From Desulfobacteraceae bacterium (GTDB lineage: Bacteria > Desulfobacterota > DSM-4660 > Desulfatiglandales > HGW-15): DNA of 41,019 nucleotides. The notes beneath the pieces were generated by a model. That model had not been told where the DNA came from. It ran no database searches and saw nothing but the letters and a program-made list of their open reading frames with translations. Made by a program: the position numbers and the translations under genes. Shown here piece by piece: positions 24,084-31,917 of this stretch (position 1 is the stretch's first letter; the number at the start of each line of letters is the position of its first letter). The stretch is from NCBI GenBank assembly GCA_050122535.1, contig JASFIT010000001.1:1-41019 (forward strand), read 5' to 3'.

Positions 24084-24100
24084 CGGAACTGCGAATTCCG
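24084..24100. promoter_or_regulatory. Candidate activator-binding palindrome (UAS), hsp20 proximal
   Basis: cgGAACtgcgaATTCcg, centred 63 bp upstream of the -24 GG. Confidence 0.55.
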
Positions 24101-24184
24101 GTTATTCCCTATAGATGTTATGCTACTTAGGTTCTCTTGGGTTTAAATCTCTCCAACATGTTGGATTAATTGAATGATCCAAAA

Positions 24185-24201
24185 AAGAACTGCCTGTTCC
24201 G
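24185..24201. promoter_or_regulatory. Candidate activator-binding palindrome (UAS), hsp20 distal
   Basis: aaGAACtgcctGTTCcg, 101 bp from the proximal site. Confidence 0.45.
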
Positions 24202-24230
24202 CTTTGTTTAACAGAAGAACTCGCAATTCC

Positions 24231-24809
24231 TCACCCTGTCTTACTCACAACCGTCAGTTCCTTTTCTCTTCTCTCCGCGTAGGGGTCTGCCAGGTGATGG
24301 CTGTATTTACTGATCATCCACAGCTCTGGAATGATTTCTGAGACCAACTCACCGTCATCAAATACGCGCACAATTGAGCTCTCTGAAACCACGATAGCTA
24401 CAGCATTAGTTTCTTTAGTGATTGAGGCTGCCGCCATATGACGGCTACCAAATCCCAAAGGTAGATCTATATTCTGAGACGCAGTGTTGATATAGAGGCA
24501 GGCCGAGACCACCACCCCATCATCAGAGATAACAAATGCGCCATCAAGTTGGGTCAGTTCTTTTACGGTCTCTCTCATGTTGGGATCATCTATACGTTTA
24601 AGCTCTTCGGAATGACCCTTTAGGGGATCGAGAATGATGTTCCTGGACCGTTTCAATACTTCATCTGAGTCCGAGACCACTAACAAGGTCCCCACTCTAC
24701 GGCCTTCACGACCCTCCCGGGCGATTTCCACAGCCAAAAGCAAAACATGCTCAAGGGTAATCAGGTTAATGTTTCGCTCTTCGCAACATACATCACGTAA
24801 GAGTTTCAA
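24231..24809 (-). CDS. Soluble DAC/DisA_N-domain protein (diadenylate-cyclase-like)
   Basis: 192 aa. TQLDGAFVISDDGVVVSA (DGA motif) and LPLGFGSRHMAAASITKETNAVAIVVSESS (RHR motif position reads RHM). No TM segments. Confidence 0.6.
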   Translation of the reverse strand: MKLLRDVCCEERNINLITLEHVLLLAVEIAREGREGRRVGTLLVVSDSDEVLKRSRNIILDPLKGHSEELKRIDDPNMRETVKELTQLDGAFVISDDGVVVSACLYINTASQNIDLPLGFGSRHMAAASITKETNAVAIVVSESSIVRVFDDGELVSEIIPELWMISKYSHHLADPYAERREKELTVVSKTG

Positions 24810-24908
24810 TGGAGTTTCCCTTCCAATCGTATTTCGGCTTACACCTATTACTGAGCATCAACTTCCTCGAAATCGCCATCCACAACATTTTCGTATGGCG
24901 GTATCTAA

Positions 24909-26135
24909 TCAAATAGATTCTCTGAAGTGGTCCCACAACCTAGGTAACTGGGTCCGAGGGTCAGCTACGTATTCATCTGGACTGATGTCGATAAAATCAT
25001 CATTTCTATTCTTTGAGTCCCTAAGGCGTAACTCATCAATCAAGCACTCAACATGCTCCTTTGGGTCAAGGGCGTGATCTAGGAGGCCAACGTATGCCAA
25101 TCTGGTCCACAACGACCATGGGGGTTTGGTACTGAGCGGGGAGTCTGGATCAGCTAGACTCAACCAGCTTACACCCTCCAGTCCCTGCTCGTTCAATCGC
25201 CTAGCAGACTCCAAAATTTCTCCAGATTCACGCATCTCACCCAATAAACTCCAGCCGATCTCAACTTCTATGGGTCGCCTGAAAAGCCATTGGGTCACCG
25301 TGCCTAAATATGCTGTGATCAATAGTTCGCCGACTAGATCCTCCCGTTTCTTGAGGCCGAGTTGCTCACTCTCGGAACCGCTCATTTTGAAACCATCCAC
25401 CTCAGCAGCAAGAGCTTGAGGCATTTGCGGATCCAAAAGCTCCGACCACCCTAAGCCCATGTAAATAGTTCCACTCTCGTCGCACTCCCTAATCTCGGCA
25501 ATATAGGACCTAAGCGCTATTTCAGCCACATGAAGCTCAGGCCTTGCCCATTCGAGAGCCCTGTCCAAGATGAGCCAACCCGTTAAGGCGGTGTGGCCGT
25601 GGACGGCAGTAACCACCTCGCGGAAAAGCCTTATCCTTTTCTGGAATATGAAGGGATCTGCCCACCAGTTGAAGGGCCAAAGATTTCGAATCCGACCATC
25701 CACAAAGACTTTGCCAGCTTTGGAGTCCCGGACTCCTCTAACCAAGTAAGGAGCCACGAAATTCAGCCCAAGTATTCGCTGGGCCGGTGCGATTAACCAG
25801 GCGTTGAGCTTAGCTTCGCCCACCTGGTCTAGGGCCTTAACAAGCCCATCCAGGTACTTCACTTTGGCCCTCGTCCCTTGCAACAGGGGCTCCTCCAAGA
25901 CTGGCAATAAGAGTCGGTCTAGGCCCAAAGACTTGGCCACTTTGGCCGCCCGGCCTAATCGAGCTGGCTCCGGCGGCTCCAGACCGACTAGACCCCTGAT
26001 TGGGCAGATGTATGTTGCTGAAATCGGCATTTCCTGCTTACGCTCATTTCTGAATTCTTCGAGGAGTCTCAGTTTTCCCGATTGCGGTATCTGCGATTTG
26101 CCGTGAGGAAAAGGGGATGCCAATTTGCGACGCAT
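24909..26135 (-). CDS. Hypothetical protein (408 aa). Possibly a TIM-barrel glycoside-hydrolase-like fold, but not securely recognised.
   Basis: Long ORF in an operon-like arrangement with the MarR and DAC genes. No diagnostic motif identified. Confidence 0.45.
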   Translation of the reverse strand: MRRKLASPFPHGKSQIPQSGKLRLLEEFRNERKQEMPISATYICPIRGLVGLEPPEPARLGRAAKVAKSLGLDRLLLPVLEEPLLQGTRAKVKYLDGLVKALDQVGEAKLNAWLIAPAQRILGLNFVAPYLVRGVRDSKAGKVFVDGRIRNLWPFNWWADPFIFQKRIRLFREVVTAVHGHTALTGWLILDRALEWARPELHVAEIALRSYIAEIRECDESGTIYMGLGWSELLDPQMPQALAAEVDGFKMSGSESEQLGLKKREDLVGELLITAYLGTVTQWLFRRPIEVEIGWSLLGEMRESGEILESARRLNEQGLEGVSWLSLADPDSPLSTKPPWSLWTRLAYVGLLDHALDPKEHVECLIDELRLRDSKNRNDDFIDISPDEYVADPRTQLPRLWDHFRESI

Positions 26136-26207
26136 CCCCTTTCCTGATAGATCAAATAAGGTCAGAACTCGAAGTTCCGCTTTCGAAGATTCCTTTGATC
26201 TTCTTGC

Positions 26208-26687
26208 TCATAGGTCTATTGAGGAAACTTCCACGGTTTTTATAAATTCCAGCAAGATTACAAGCCCTTCAGAAATTACCTGTAATTCCTCTAGGGCAAG
26301 TTTTTTAAAGTGGTTCGCAAGGAGCCTTTGAATTGGCCCACGCGCTGAATGGACAACTTGGCGGCCCATATCAGAGATTACCACATGAACAATGCGACGG
26401 TCTTCACTGAATCGCATTCGTTTCACTAGTCCTTTTTCTTGCAGTCGATCAACAATACCAGTAACCGTGGAGGGAGTTACAAGAACGTGCTTGCTTATAT
26501 CATTGATTGAAAGGCTGTTCTTTTTTAGCAACGTGCGCAGGCATAGTAATTGGCCTAAAGTGACTCCGAATTCTTTTTCCAAGTTTTTAGAGTACATGGT
26601 GGAAATATGGGTGGCAGCTCTTAATGCCAAAAAAATATTTTCCATGTTGTCTTGAATTAGACTTATTTCGGTATTCTCAGCATCCAT
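26208..26687 (-). CDS. MarR-family transcriptional regulator
   Basis: 159 aa. Winged-HTH region LGQLLCLRTLLKKNSLSINDISKHVLVTPSTVTGIVDRLQEKGLVKRMRFSEDRR. Confidence 0.8.
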   Translation of the reverse strand: MDAENTEISLIQDNMENIFLALRAATHISTMYSKNLEKEFGVTLGQLLCLRTLLKKNSLSINDISKHVLVTPSTVTGIVDRLQEKGLVKRMRFSEDRRIVHVVISDMGRQVVHSARGPIQRLLANHFKKLALEELQVISEGLVILLEFIKTVEVSSIDL

Positions 26688-26693
26688 ATGCGC

Positions 26694-26897
26694 TCACCCC
26701 TTCTTAGAAGCGGGCCGCCGCTCTAAACCGCTTCTCCGCTCTACGCCAACTTTGATGTCAGCAGCTTTTCTTCGGTCCCTACCACTTCTTCGGTCTTTGC
26801 CATTTCTCCGGTCTTGACCACTTCGTCTCTCAGGAATATGTTCGTTATAAGAAAATTGCCTTTCGACCAATCCCTGAACGCCTGTCGCCGTTATCAC
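26694..26897 (-). CDS. Small arginine-rich repeat protein (RRSGxDRR repeats), 6 nt upstream of marR
   Basis: 67 aa: ERRSGQDRRNGKDRRSGRDRRK...ERRSGLERR. GTG start with no clear Shine-Dalgarno, so coding status is uncertain. Confidence 0.4.
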   Translation of the reverse strand: MITATGVQGLVERQFSYNEHIPERRSGQDRRNGKDRRSGRDRRKAADIKVGVERRSGLERRPASKKG

Positions 26898-27062
26898 TTA
26901 AGAAAAGAATCAACTCTGACTCTATCACGTCCGCATATTCCTTTGTATGTAGCTGAAACCAACATAGTGTCTCTTCGACGCCCTATTTCAAAGTTTGTAA
27001 TGGTGTAGGGAGACTATCTAGTCTTCGCTGTCTTCTTGCTCCAATTGCCAACTGTGGCAAAC

Positions 27063-27343
27063 TCAGATTTCTTCTGGGGTTAGCTTTGCTCTCTTTCCAC
27101 CAACGAAAGTAAACTTGGGCGCTTTCGTGCTAAGTCGCAGCATCTTATTCTTGAAGACCTCCCGACCAGAACTGTACACACGCCTTAGTCCATTGTATCT
27201 ACCAGAATCTCACATCCATCATCGCAATTTCTTCTCAGAGCATTAAACAACTTCTGCACAGAAGAACCGTCAAGGTCACCTTTTAATTTTATACAAAGTT
27301 TACCGTTTCTTTGCAAAAAGCACATTCTGAAATTGGACGCCAT
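27063..27343 (-). pseudogene. STAS-like (anti-sigma-antagonist-like) gene split by a frameshift
   Basis: Frame 1: MASNFRMCFLQRNGKLCIKLKGDLDGSSVQKLFNALRRNCDDGCEILVDTMD-stop (27185..27343). The adjacent frame continues GLRRVYSSGREVFKNKMLRLSTKAPKFTFVGGKRAKLTPEEI (to 27063). Together these match the STAS pattern. Confidence 0.35.
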
Positions 27344-27368
27344 ACCCTCCACCCCTTTTCGAATCTTG

Positions 27369-27464
27369 CTAAAACCAGAAAAACCTTAGAGTGCTTGCCA
27401 CGCGACCTTTATATTTCCGGATAGCCTCTGCCACCTCCTTCATGGATCCCGGCTTGTCTTCTAG
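27369..27464 (-). pseudogene. ACT-domain remnant in the +1 frame of the CBS gene
   Basis: The alternative frame reads LEDKPGSMKEVAEAIRKYKGRVASTL, a typical ACT beta-alpha start as in CBS-ACT (AcuB-like) proteins. It is preceded by TAG and truncated after ~31 codons. Confidence 0.45.
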
Positions 27465-27903
27465 CTAAGAGGCAAAGAATATATTTCTTACTGAGCGCCG
27501 TTACAGACATTAGCGCTTTCAATATGTTTGTTTGTGTTATCATTCCTACCAGCTCTCCTTTCTGGTCAACCACAGGAGCCCCCGATATCTTATTATTCAG
27601 TAGTATTTCAGCAGTCTCTTCCACAGTATAATCAGGCTCAACTGTGATGGGATTTCTCGTCATAATTTCACTGACCTTGGTTTTGTTTTTGAGGTTAATG
27701 AGTTCATGAATATCCAGGCTGGTCGCCTCAGAAGCGGAACCTTCTTTGAGATCCCTATCCGTGACGATTCCCACCAGCTTACCTTTTTTCATGACAGGAA
27801 GCATAAGAATTTTATGCTTTTTCAGAAGCTTAACGGCATCCATCATGGTGTCGTTTATGTCAGCAGTAATCAGCTTTTTGCTCATCCAATTCTTAACTAG
27901 CAT
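27409..27903 (-). CDS. CBS-pair domain protein. The C-terminus is out of frame relative to an ACT-domain remnant.
   Basis: 164 aa. Two CBS motifs (MLPVMKKGKLVGIVTDRDL; GAPVVDQKGELVGMITQTNILKAL). The last ~25 aa (ILCLLARRQAGIHEGGGRGYPEI) look non-native. Confidence 0.7.
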   Translation of the reverse strand: MLVKNWMSKKLITADINDTMMDAVKLLKKHKILMLPVMKKGKLVGIVTDRDLKEGSASEATSLDIHELINLKNKTKVSEIMTRNPITVEPDYTVEETAEILLNNKISGAPVVDQKGELVGMITQTNILKALMSVTALSKKYILCLLARRQAGIHEGGGRGYPEI

Positions 27904-28328
27904 CTGTAGCCCTCTTCCTTGTTTTGAGAATTGTTAAAACAAGATTCTCTATCCCAACGGATGTCATTATGCGAACTTATTTATAGTTCTTAGGCTACTT
28001 CTTCGATAATCTGCCCCTCCCTAAACGAGGTGGTTACGCTACTTCGATAACTCACTTCCCCTTGTAGCCACTCGCTTTAGGGACTTTAATTTGGCCTTAA
28101 TAGGAAGCAACCTCCTCTCTAAAATCCTTATGGCAAGGTTTGTACCACAATCATAACCTATTGATATTTGTAAACTTATCTCTGTAGGGTATGGATCGGC
28201 GGAATTACTTGTTCTGATAAATTTGAGAAAACAGGAAGGTTAACTCCTACGGGAAACTCTGTAGGTCCCTAAGTTATTGAAATGGCGAGGACATTTAGAA
28301 AGCAGAATTTTGGGTTCCGTTTTTTTTG

Positions 28329-28357
28329 TTGCCGGAACCATAAGTTCTTTTTATTAT
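28329..28357 (+). promoter_or_regulatory. Sigma-70-like promoter of the activator gene, with the regulon palindrome in its spacer
   Basis: TTGCCG-N17-TATTAT. The palindrome cgGAACcataaGTTCtt occupies 28333..28349. A GGAGG Shine-Dalgarno precedes the ATG at 28395. Confidence 0.4.
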
Positions 28358-28394
28358 AAGAAGCCGCAAGAAAGCCAGCTTTGCGGAGGCCAAG

Positions 28395-29792
28395 ATGAAA
28401 TCTATTCTTGTTCTATCAGGAAACGAAGAGGTTTTCCGTAAGATTCGTTCCAGTTTTCATTCAGAGTACAGACTTGGAAGCGCATCCAGCAGTCAGGCCG
28501 CCTTGGATATACTCCACAAAAAGCGCTACGATTCTATTTTTTTTGACATTGGGCTGCTGCAAGAGGCAGTGGAAGGTAACCAATATAGAGCCGCCCTGGA
28601 GCCGTTCTGGCGTATGCACCCAACGATCAAGATCATCATTATGACCCCCCAAGAGATGATTAGAGAAGCTGTGAGGGCAGTAAAGGCAGGTGCAAGTGAC
28701 TATGTGACTTTCCCTATTGTTGAAGAGGAAGTTAGACTCATAACGGAAACAGTCATGGAATCTACGATTGTTCAGTCGGAACTTGAGTATCTGCGAGATC
28801 AATTTTGGGAACCAGAGACATTAGAGATCGTACAGACGAAGAATGCCCAGATGGAAAAGGTATATGATAAGATACGCTCCGTTGCGCCAACCAAAAGTAC
28901 AGTTCTGCTGATGGGCGAAACGGGAACAGGTAAGGGCGTGCTAGCTAATCTCATTCATCAGCATAGTAACCGACGGAATGACCAGTTTATCAGCGTGCAC
29001 TGCGGAGCAATTCCCGATACCTTATTAGAGAGCGAGCTTTTTGGACATGAAAAAGGCGCCTTCACAGGTGCTATTAAGCGAAAGCTTGGGAAATTTGAGA
29101 TTGCCAGTGGAGGAACCATTTTTCTGGATGAAGTTGGAACCATTACACCGTCCGCACAGATTAAACTATTACAGGTATTGCAGGATGGCACTTTTCAACG
29201 CGTGGGAGGAGAAGAGACCTTTGATGCGAATGTTAGGGTGGTCACTGCCACAAATGCGGATCTAAAGGAAATGTGTGAGGAGGGGAGGTTCAGGAAAGAC
29301 CTCTATTACCGATTAAATGTGTTTCCCATTGAAATTCCTCCATTGAGGGAGCGGCCGGAGGATATCCCTCATCTCGTGGAAGGGTCCCTGAAAAGGCTTA
29401 ATATGTTTAACACAAAGGAAATCTACCATATCGATACACAGGTGCTAGAAGCATTTAGGCATTACTCGTGGCCTGGAAATATCCGGGAATTGGAAAACCT
29501 TATTGAGAGGGCTTATATTTTGGAGAGTTCCCCTAGGTTGACACCGGAAAGTTTTCCGTCTGAACTGTTTGAATCTGGACTTTCTTTTGCAACTCTGTCG
29601 GTAGATTCTTCTTCTACCCTGGCGGAGGTAAGACGGAGGGGTATTGAAAATATTGAAAGGAACTACCTCAAGGACCTACTGACGCAAAAGAAAGGCAAAA
29701 TAAAGGAATCCGCAGAGGCTGCCGGAATTACCACACGCCAGCTCCACAAACTCATGGCGAAACATGAAATCCGCAAAGAAGAATTTAAATAA
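28395..29792 (+). CDS. Sigma-54-dependent transcriptional activator (NtrC/Fis family): receiver-like domain, AAA+ domain, Fis-type HTH
   Basis: 465 aa. Walker A GETGTGKG, intact GAFTGA (ESELFGHEKGAFTGA), Walker B FLDEVG, R-finger region, and C-terminal HTH (KIKESAEAAGITTRQLHKLM). Confidence 0.9.
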   Translation: MKSILVLSGNEEVFRKIRSSFHSEYRLGSASSSQAALDILHKKRYDSIFFDIGLLQEAVEGNQYRAALEPFWRMHPTIKIIIMTPQEMIREAVRAVKAGASDYVTFPIVEEEVRLITETVMESTIVQSELEYLRDQFWEPETLEIVQTKNAQMEKVYDKIRSVAPTKSTVLLMGETGTGKGVLANLIHQHSNRRNDQFISVHCGAIPDTLLESELFGHEKGAFTGAIKRKLGKFEIASGGTIFLDEVGTITPSAQIKLLQVLQDGTFQRVGGEETFDANVRVVTATNADLKEMCEEGRFRKDLYYRLNVFPIEIPPLRERPEDIPHLVEGSLKRLNMFNTKEIYHIDTQVLEAFRHYSWPGNIRELENLIERAYILESSPRLTPESFPSELFESGLSFATLSVDSSSTLAEVRRRGIENIERNYLKDLLTQKKGKIKESAEAAGITTRQLHKLMAKHEIRKEEFK

Positions 29793-29894
29793 CCCCGCCT
29801 TACACAAGAGCAAATCTTCCTGACCAAAGGTCGAGGCATCTTTCGTTAAACCTCAAAACGATCTCCTCCCGCTCCAAAGACCATGCTGTAATTG

Positions 29895-29959
29895 GTCATC
29901 CCGGCCCAGTCCCGCGGAGCGGGATGCTCGCCCGGAATGACAGCTTTGTTGAATTGCGA
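29895..29959. repeat. REP-like palindromic element (copy 2, uninterrupted)
   Basis: GTCATCCCGGCCCAGTCCCGCGGAGCGGGATGCTCGCCCGGAATGACAGCTTTGTTGAATTGCGA. Terminal inverted repeat GTCATCCCGG/CCGGAATGAC. Confidence 0.6.
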
Positions 29960-30017
29960 TACTGTCGCTGACAGGGGAAAGAAATTAAGTATTAACTTGA
30001 TCGCCTAGGACCATCTT

Positions 30018-30875
30018 TCAGACCAGTAGTTCAATCCCTTCTTGCACAGCAAAACAATCCACCGCGCTATTTGCTTCAAGTATTCTTTCTTGACAAAGGT
30101 CTACGTACATTTCTATTTGCTCGTCCGTATGGTCGGGATCATGATGGAATATGCCGAACCTCCTAACCTCTGCTTTAATACTAAAATCCGTTGCCGAGTT
30201 AAAAGTCGAGTGACCCCAGCCTCTAGTTAACCGGTATTCATTATCCGTGTATTGTGCGTCATGCAAAAGGAGATCAGCACCTTTGCAAAAATTAATGTAG
30301 CCGTCTATGTCTACCCTCTTCTCGTGTATAAAATCTAGCTCGTGATCAGTAAAAAACACGAAAGACTTCCCCTCCTCCATAATTTTGATCCCGTATGATC
30401 CATTTGGATGATTTAATCGTATAGGGACCACTTGGGCTGAACCGATGATCCTCTTCTGTGGATCACCCTCTGTGAAGTCGAACTCAGCCTTCATGGCATC
30501 GAATCGGACAGGGAAATATGGCGCTTCCATTTGATGTCTCAAGTAGTTCCGCAATGACCTTTTGGCTCGAGGACCTCCCCTTACATGGATCTTATAGCTC
30601 TCCAAGTATGCGGGTCCAAAAAACGGAAAACCCATAAGGTGATCCCAGTGGGCATGAGTAAGAAATAAATGTATCACCGTGATGTTTTCCTCTTTTGCCA
30701 GTGCCTTCCCCAACTTTCTGATGCCCGAGCCAGCATCAAGAATGATGACAGTCCCGTCGCTGAGCCTTACCTCAACGCAAGTGGTGTTCCCGCCGTATTT
30801 CACTGTACTTGGTCCTGGGGTAGGCAAAGAACCTCTACAACCCCAAATTCTTATTTTCATGGGAACACGCTCCAT
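30018..30875 (-). CDS. MBL-fold metallo-hydrolase
   Basis: 285 aa. IWGCRGSLP, ILDAGSG, LTHAHWDHLMGFPFF (HxHxDH), and a C-terminal GWGHST...HHDP. Confidence 0.8.
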   Translation of the reverse strand: MERVPMKIRIWGCRGSLPTPGPSTVKYGGNTTCVEVRLSDGTVIILDAGSGIRKLGKALAKEENITVIHLFLTHAHWDHLMGFPFFGPAYLESYKIHVRGGPRAKRSLRNYLRHQMEAPYFPVRFDAMKAEFDFTEGDPQKRIIGSAQVVPIRLNHPNGSYGIKIMEEGKSFVFFTDHELDFIHEKRVDIDGYINFCKGADLLLHDAQYTDNEYRLTRGWGHSTFNSATDFSIKAEVRRFGIFHHDPDHTDEQIEMYVDLCQERILEANSAVDCFAVQEGIELLV

Positions 30876-30933
30876 ATTACAAATGCACGCCTAACAAAAG
30901 TTTCGAGGTCCAGCAGCCACTGTAAATTGTTCA

Positions 30934-30949
30934 CGCAACAAATATGCCA
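30934..30949 (-). promoter_or_regulatory. Sigma-54 (-24/-12) promoter of the MBL-fold hydrolase gene
   Basis: The minus strand reads TGGCAT-ATTTG-TTGCG (GG-N10-GC), about 60 nt upstream of the ATG at 30875. Confidence 0.65.
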
Positions 30950-30986
30950 TTCTCTCTAAGGTAATGGAAGTTTTTAATCTCATCAT

Positions 30987-31003
30987 GGGAACTCTCAGTT
31001 CAC
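30987..31003. promoter_or_regulatory. Candidate activator-binding palindrome
   Basis: ggGAACtctcaGTTCac. Confidence 0.4.
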
Positions 31004-31016
31004 TTTCATGGCATAA

Positions 31017-31033
31017 CGGAACTGAAATTTCTT
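31017..31033. promoter_or_regulatory. Candidate activator-binding palindrome (degenerate right half)
   Basis: cgGAACtgaaaTTTCtt, 102 bp from the site at 31119. Confidence 0.4.
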
Positions 31034-31118
31034 ATTTAGATTTTCTTTGTCATTTCAATTTATTAGCCAAACGCTAGCCGATAATGGGTACATCAAAGTG
31101 CTCTTCGGACGTTCAAAA

Positions 31119-31135
31119 CGGAACAGATAATTCCG
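31119..31135. promoter_or_regulatory. Candidate activator-binding palindrome (UAS) for the 31190 promoter
   Basis: cgGAACagataATTCcg, centred 64 bp upstream of the -24 GG. Confidence 0.55.
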
Positions 31136-31189
31136 AGTCCGTTTCCCCCAAGAAACTAAAAGTTGCGGGATATCAGGTCCTTATCGGTT

Positions 31190-31205
31190 TGGCATAACTG
31201 TTGCT
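31190..31205 (+). promoter_or_regulatory. Sigma-54 (-24/-12) promoter of the 31299..34224 gene string
   Basis: TGGCAT-AACTG-TTGCT (GG-N10-GC), about 95 nt upstream of the ATG at 31299. Confidence 0.7.
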
Positions 31206-31298
31206 CCGGTTTCCATGAACTAAACGTGAGACCCTTCCTGAACTCGACACCTATCCTGTTGAGGGAATGGACGTTATAAGCAAAAAGGAGATCCGGTG

Positions 31299-31511
31299 AT
31301 GAACGTATTAGCTCAGAAAAGTGGAACTTTTGGTCTAGATTCCCCTTACCTAAGCGCCGTCAGGACGACGCTATATGACCTTATTGAAGCGATGACTGAC
31401 GAGGCCGAACCGACTAATGAGGATTTGATTTTTGTGGCCGTCTTAGATCTTACTGAATCTGGCAAAATAAAATGGACACGACCGCGTCGAGCTTTCAAGC
31501 TTTTATATTAA
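31299..31511 (+). CDS. Small acidic hypothetical protein (70 aa)
   Basis: ATG 31299 lies 8 nt after GGAG. It is the first gene after the sigma-54 promoter. No family recognised. Confidence 0.5.
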   Translation: MNVLAQKSGTFGLDSPYLSAVRTTLYDLIEAMTDEAEPTNEDLIFVAVLDLTESGKIKWTRPRRAFKLLY

Positions 31512-31614
31512 TGATTGGCAAGGTCCAGGTAGCAAGACACCGACTGACGAAACGAAATAGCAGGAACCCTAACTGTTACCCCCATGGCATCCATACAGAA
31601 GAGAGGAGAATCAG

Positions 31615-31866
31615 ATGCTCAATACAAATGATAGGCTAATTACGATCCGCGGCCTTATCATCCCAGTGAATTGGGACGAGGGGGGCGAAGTAACCGCAAT
31701 TGCTACCTCCACCTTTGATGAGGAGGAGTATCTGCTGGATTATAATAAAAAAATAGAACGACTCTTCTCGCTTATCCGAAAAGAAGTGGAAGTCACCGGC
31801 TATGTAAGAAAGGAGAAGGGGAAAAAAATCATGAAAGTCCAAAAATTTCACCTAAAGAGGACCTAA
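31615..31866 (+). CDS. Small protein, paralog 1 of a three-member family in this window (unrecognised family)
   Basis: 83 aa with a GAGAGGAG Shine-Dalgarno. Shares ITIxG-x-(I/V)xPxxWDxxGxV(T/S)...(E)xLF...VEVTGxV...(I/L)xVxx(F/Y) with 34806..35072 and 35144..35479. Confidence 0.6.
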   Translation: MLNTNDRLITIRGLIIPVNWDEGGEVTAIATSTFDEEEYLLDYNKKIERLFSLIRKEVEVTGYVRKEKGKKIMKVQKFHLKRT

Positions 31867-31917
31867 CATACGGGACCCGCCACACTCCATACCACTGCTT
31901 CACCCGCCCATGAATCC

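Noticed and set aside
28133-28148. TGGCAAGGTTTGTACC upstream of the activator gene
   Set aside because: It has a -24-like TGGCA, but the position 10 nt after GG is AC rather than GC, so there is no -12 element.
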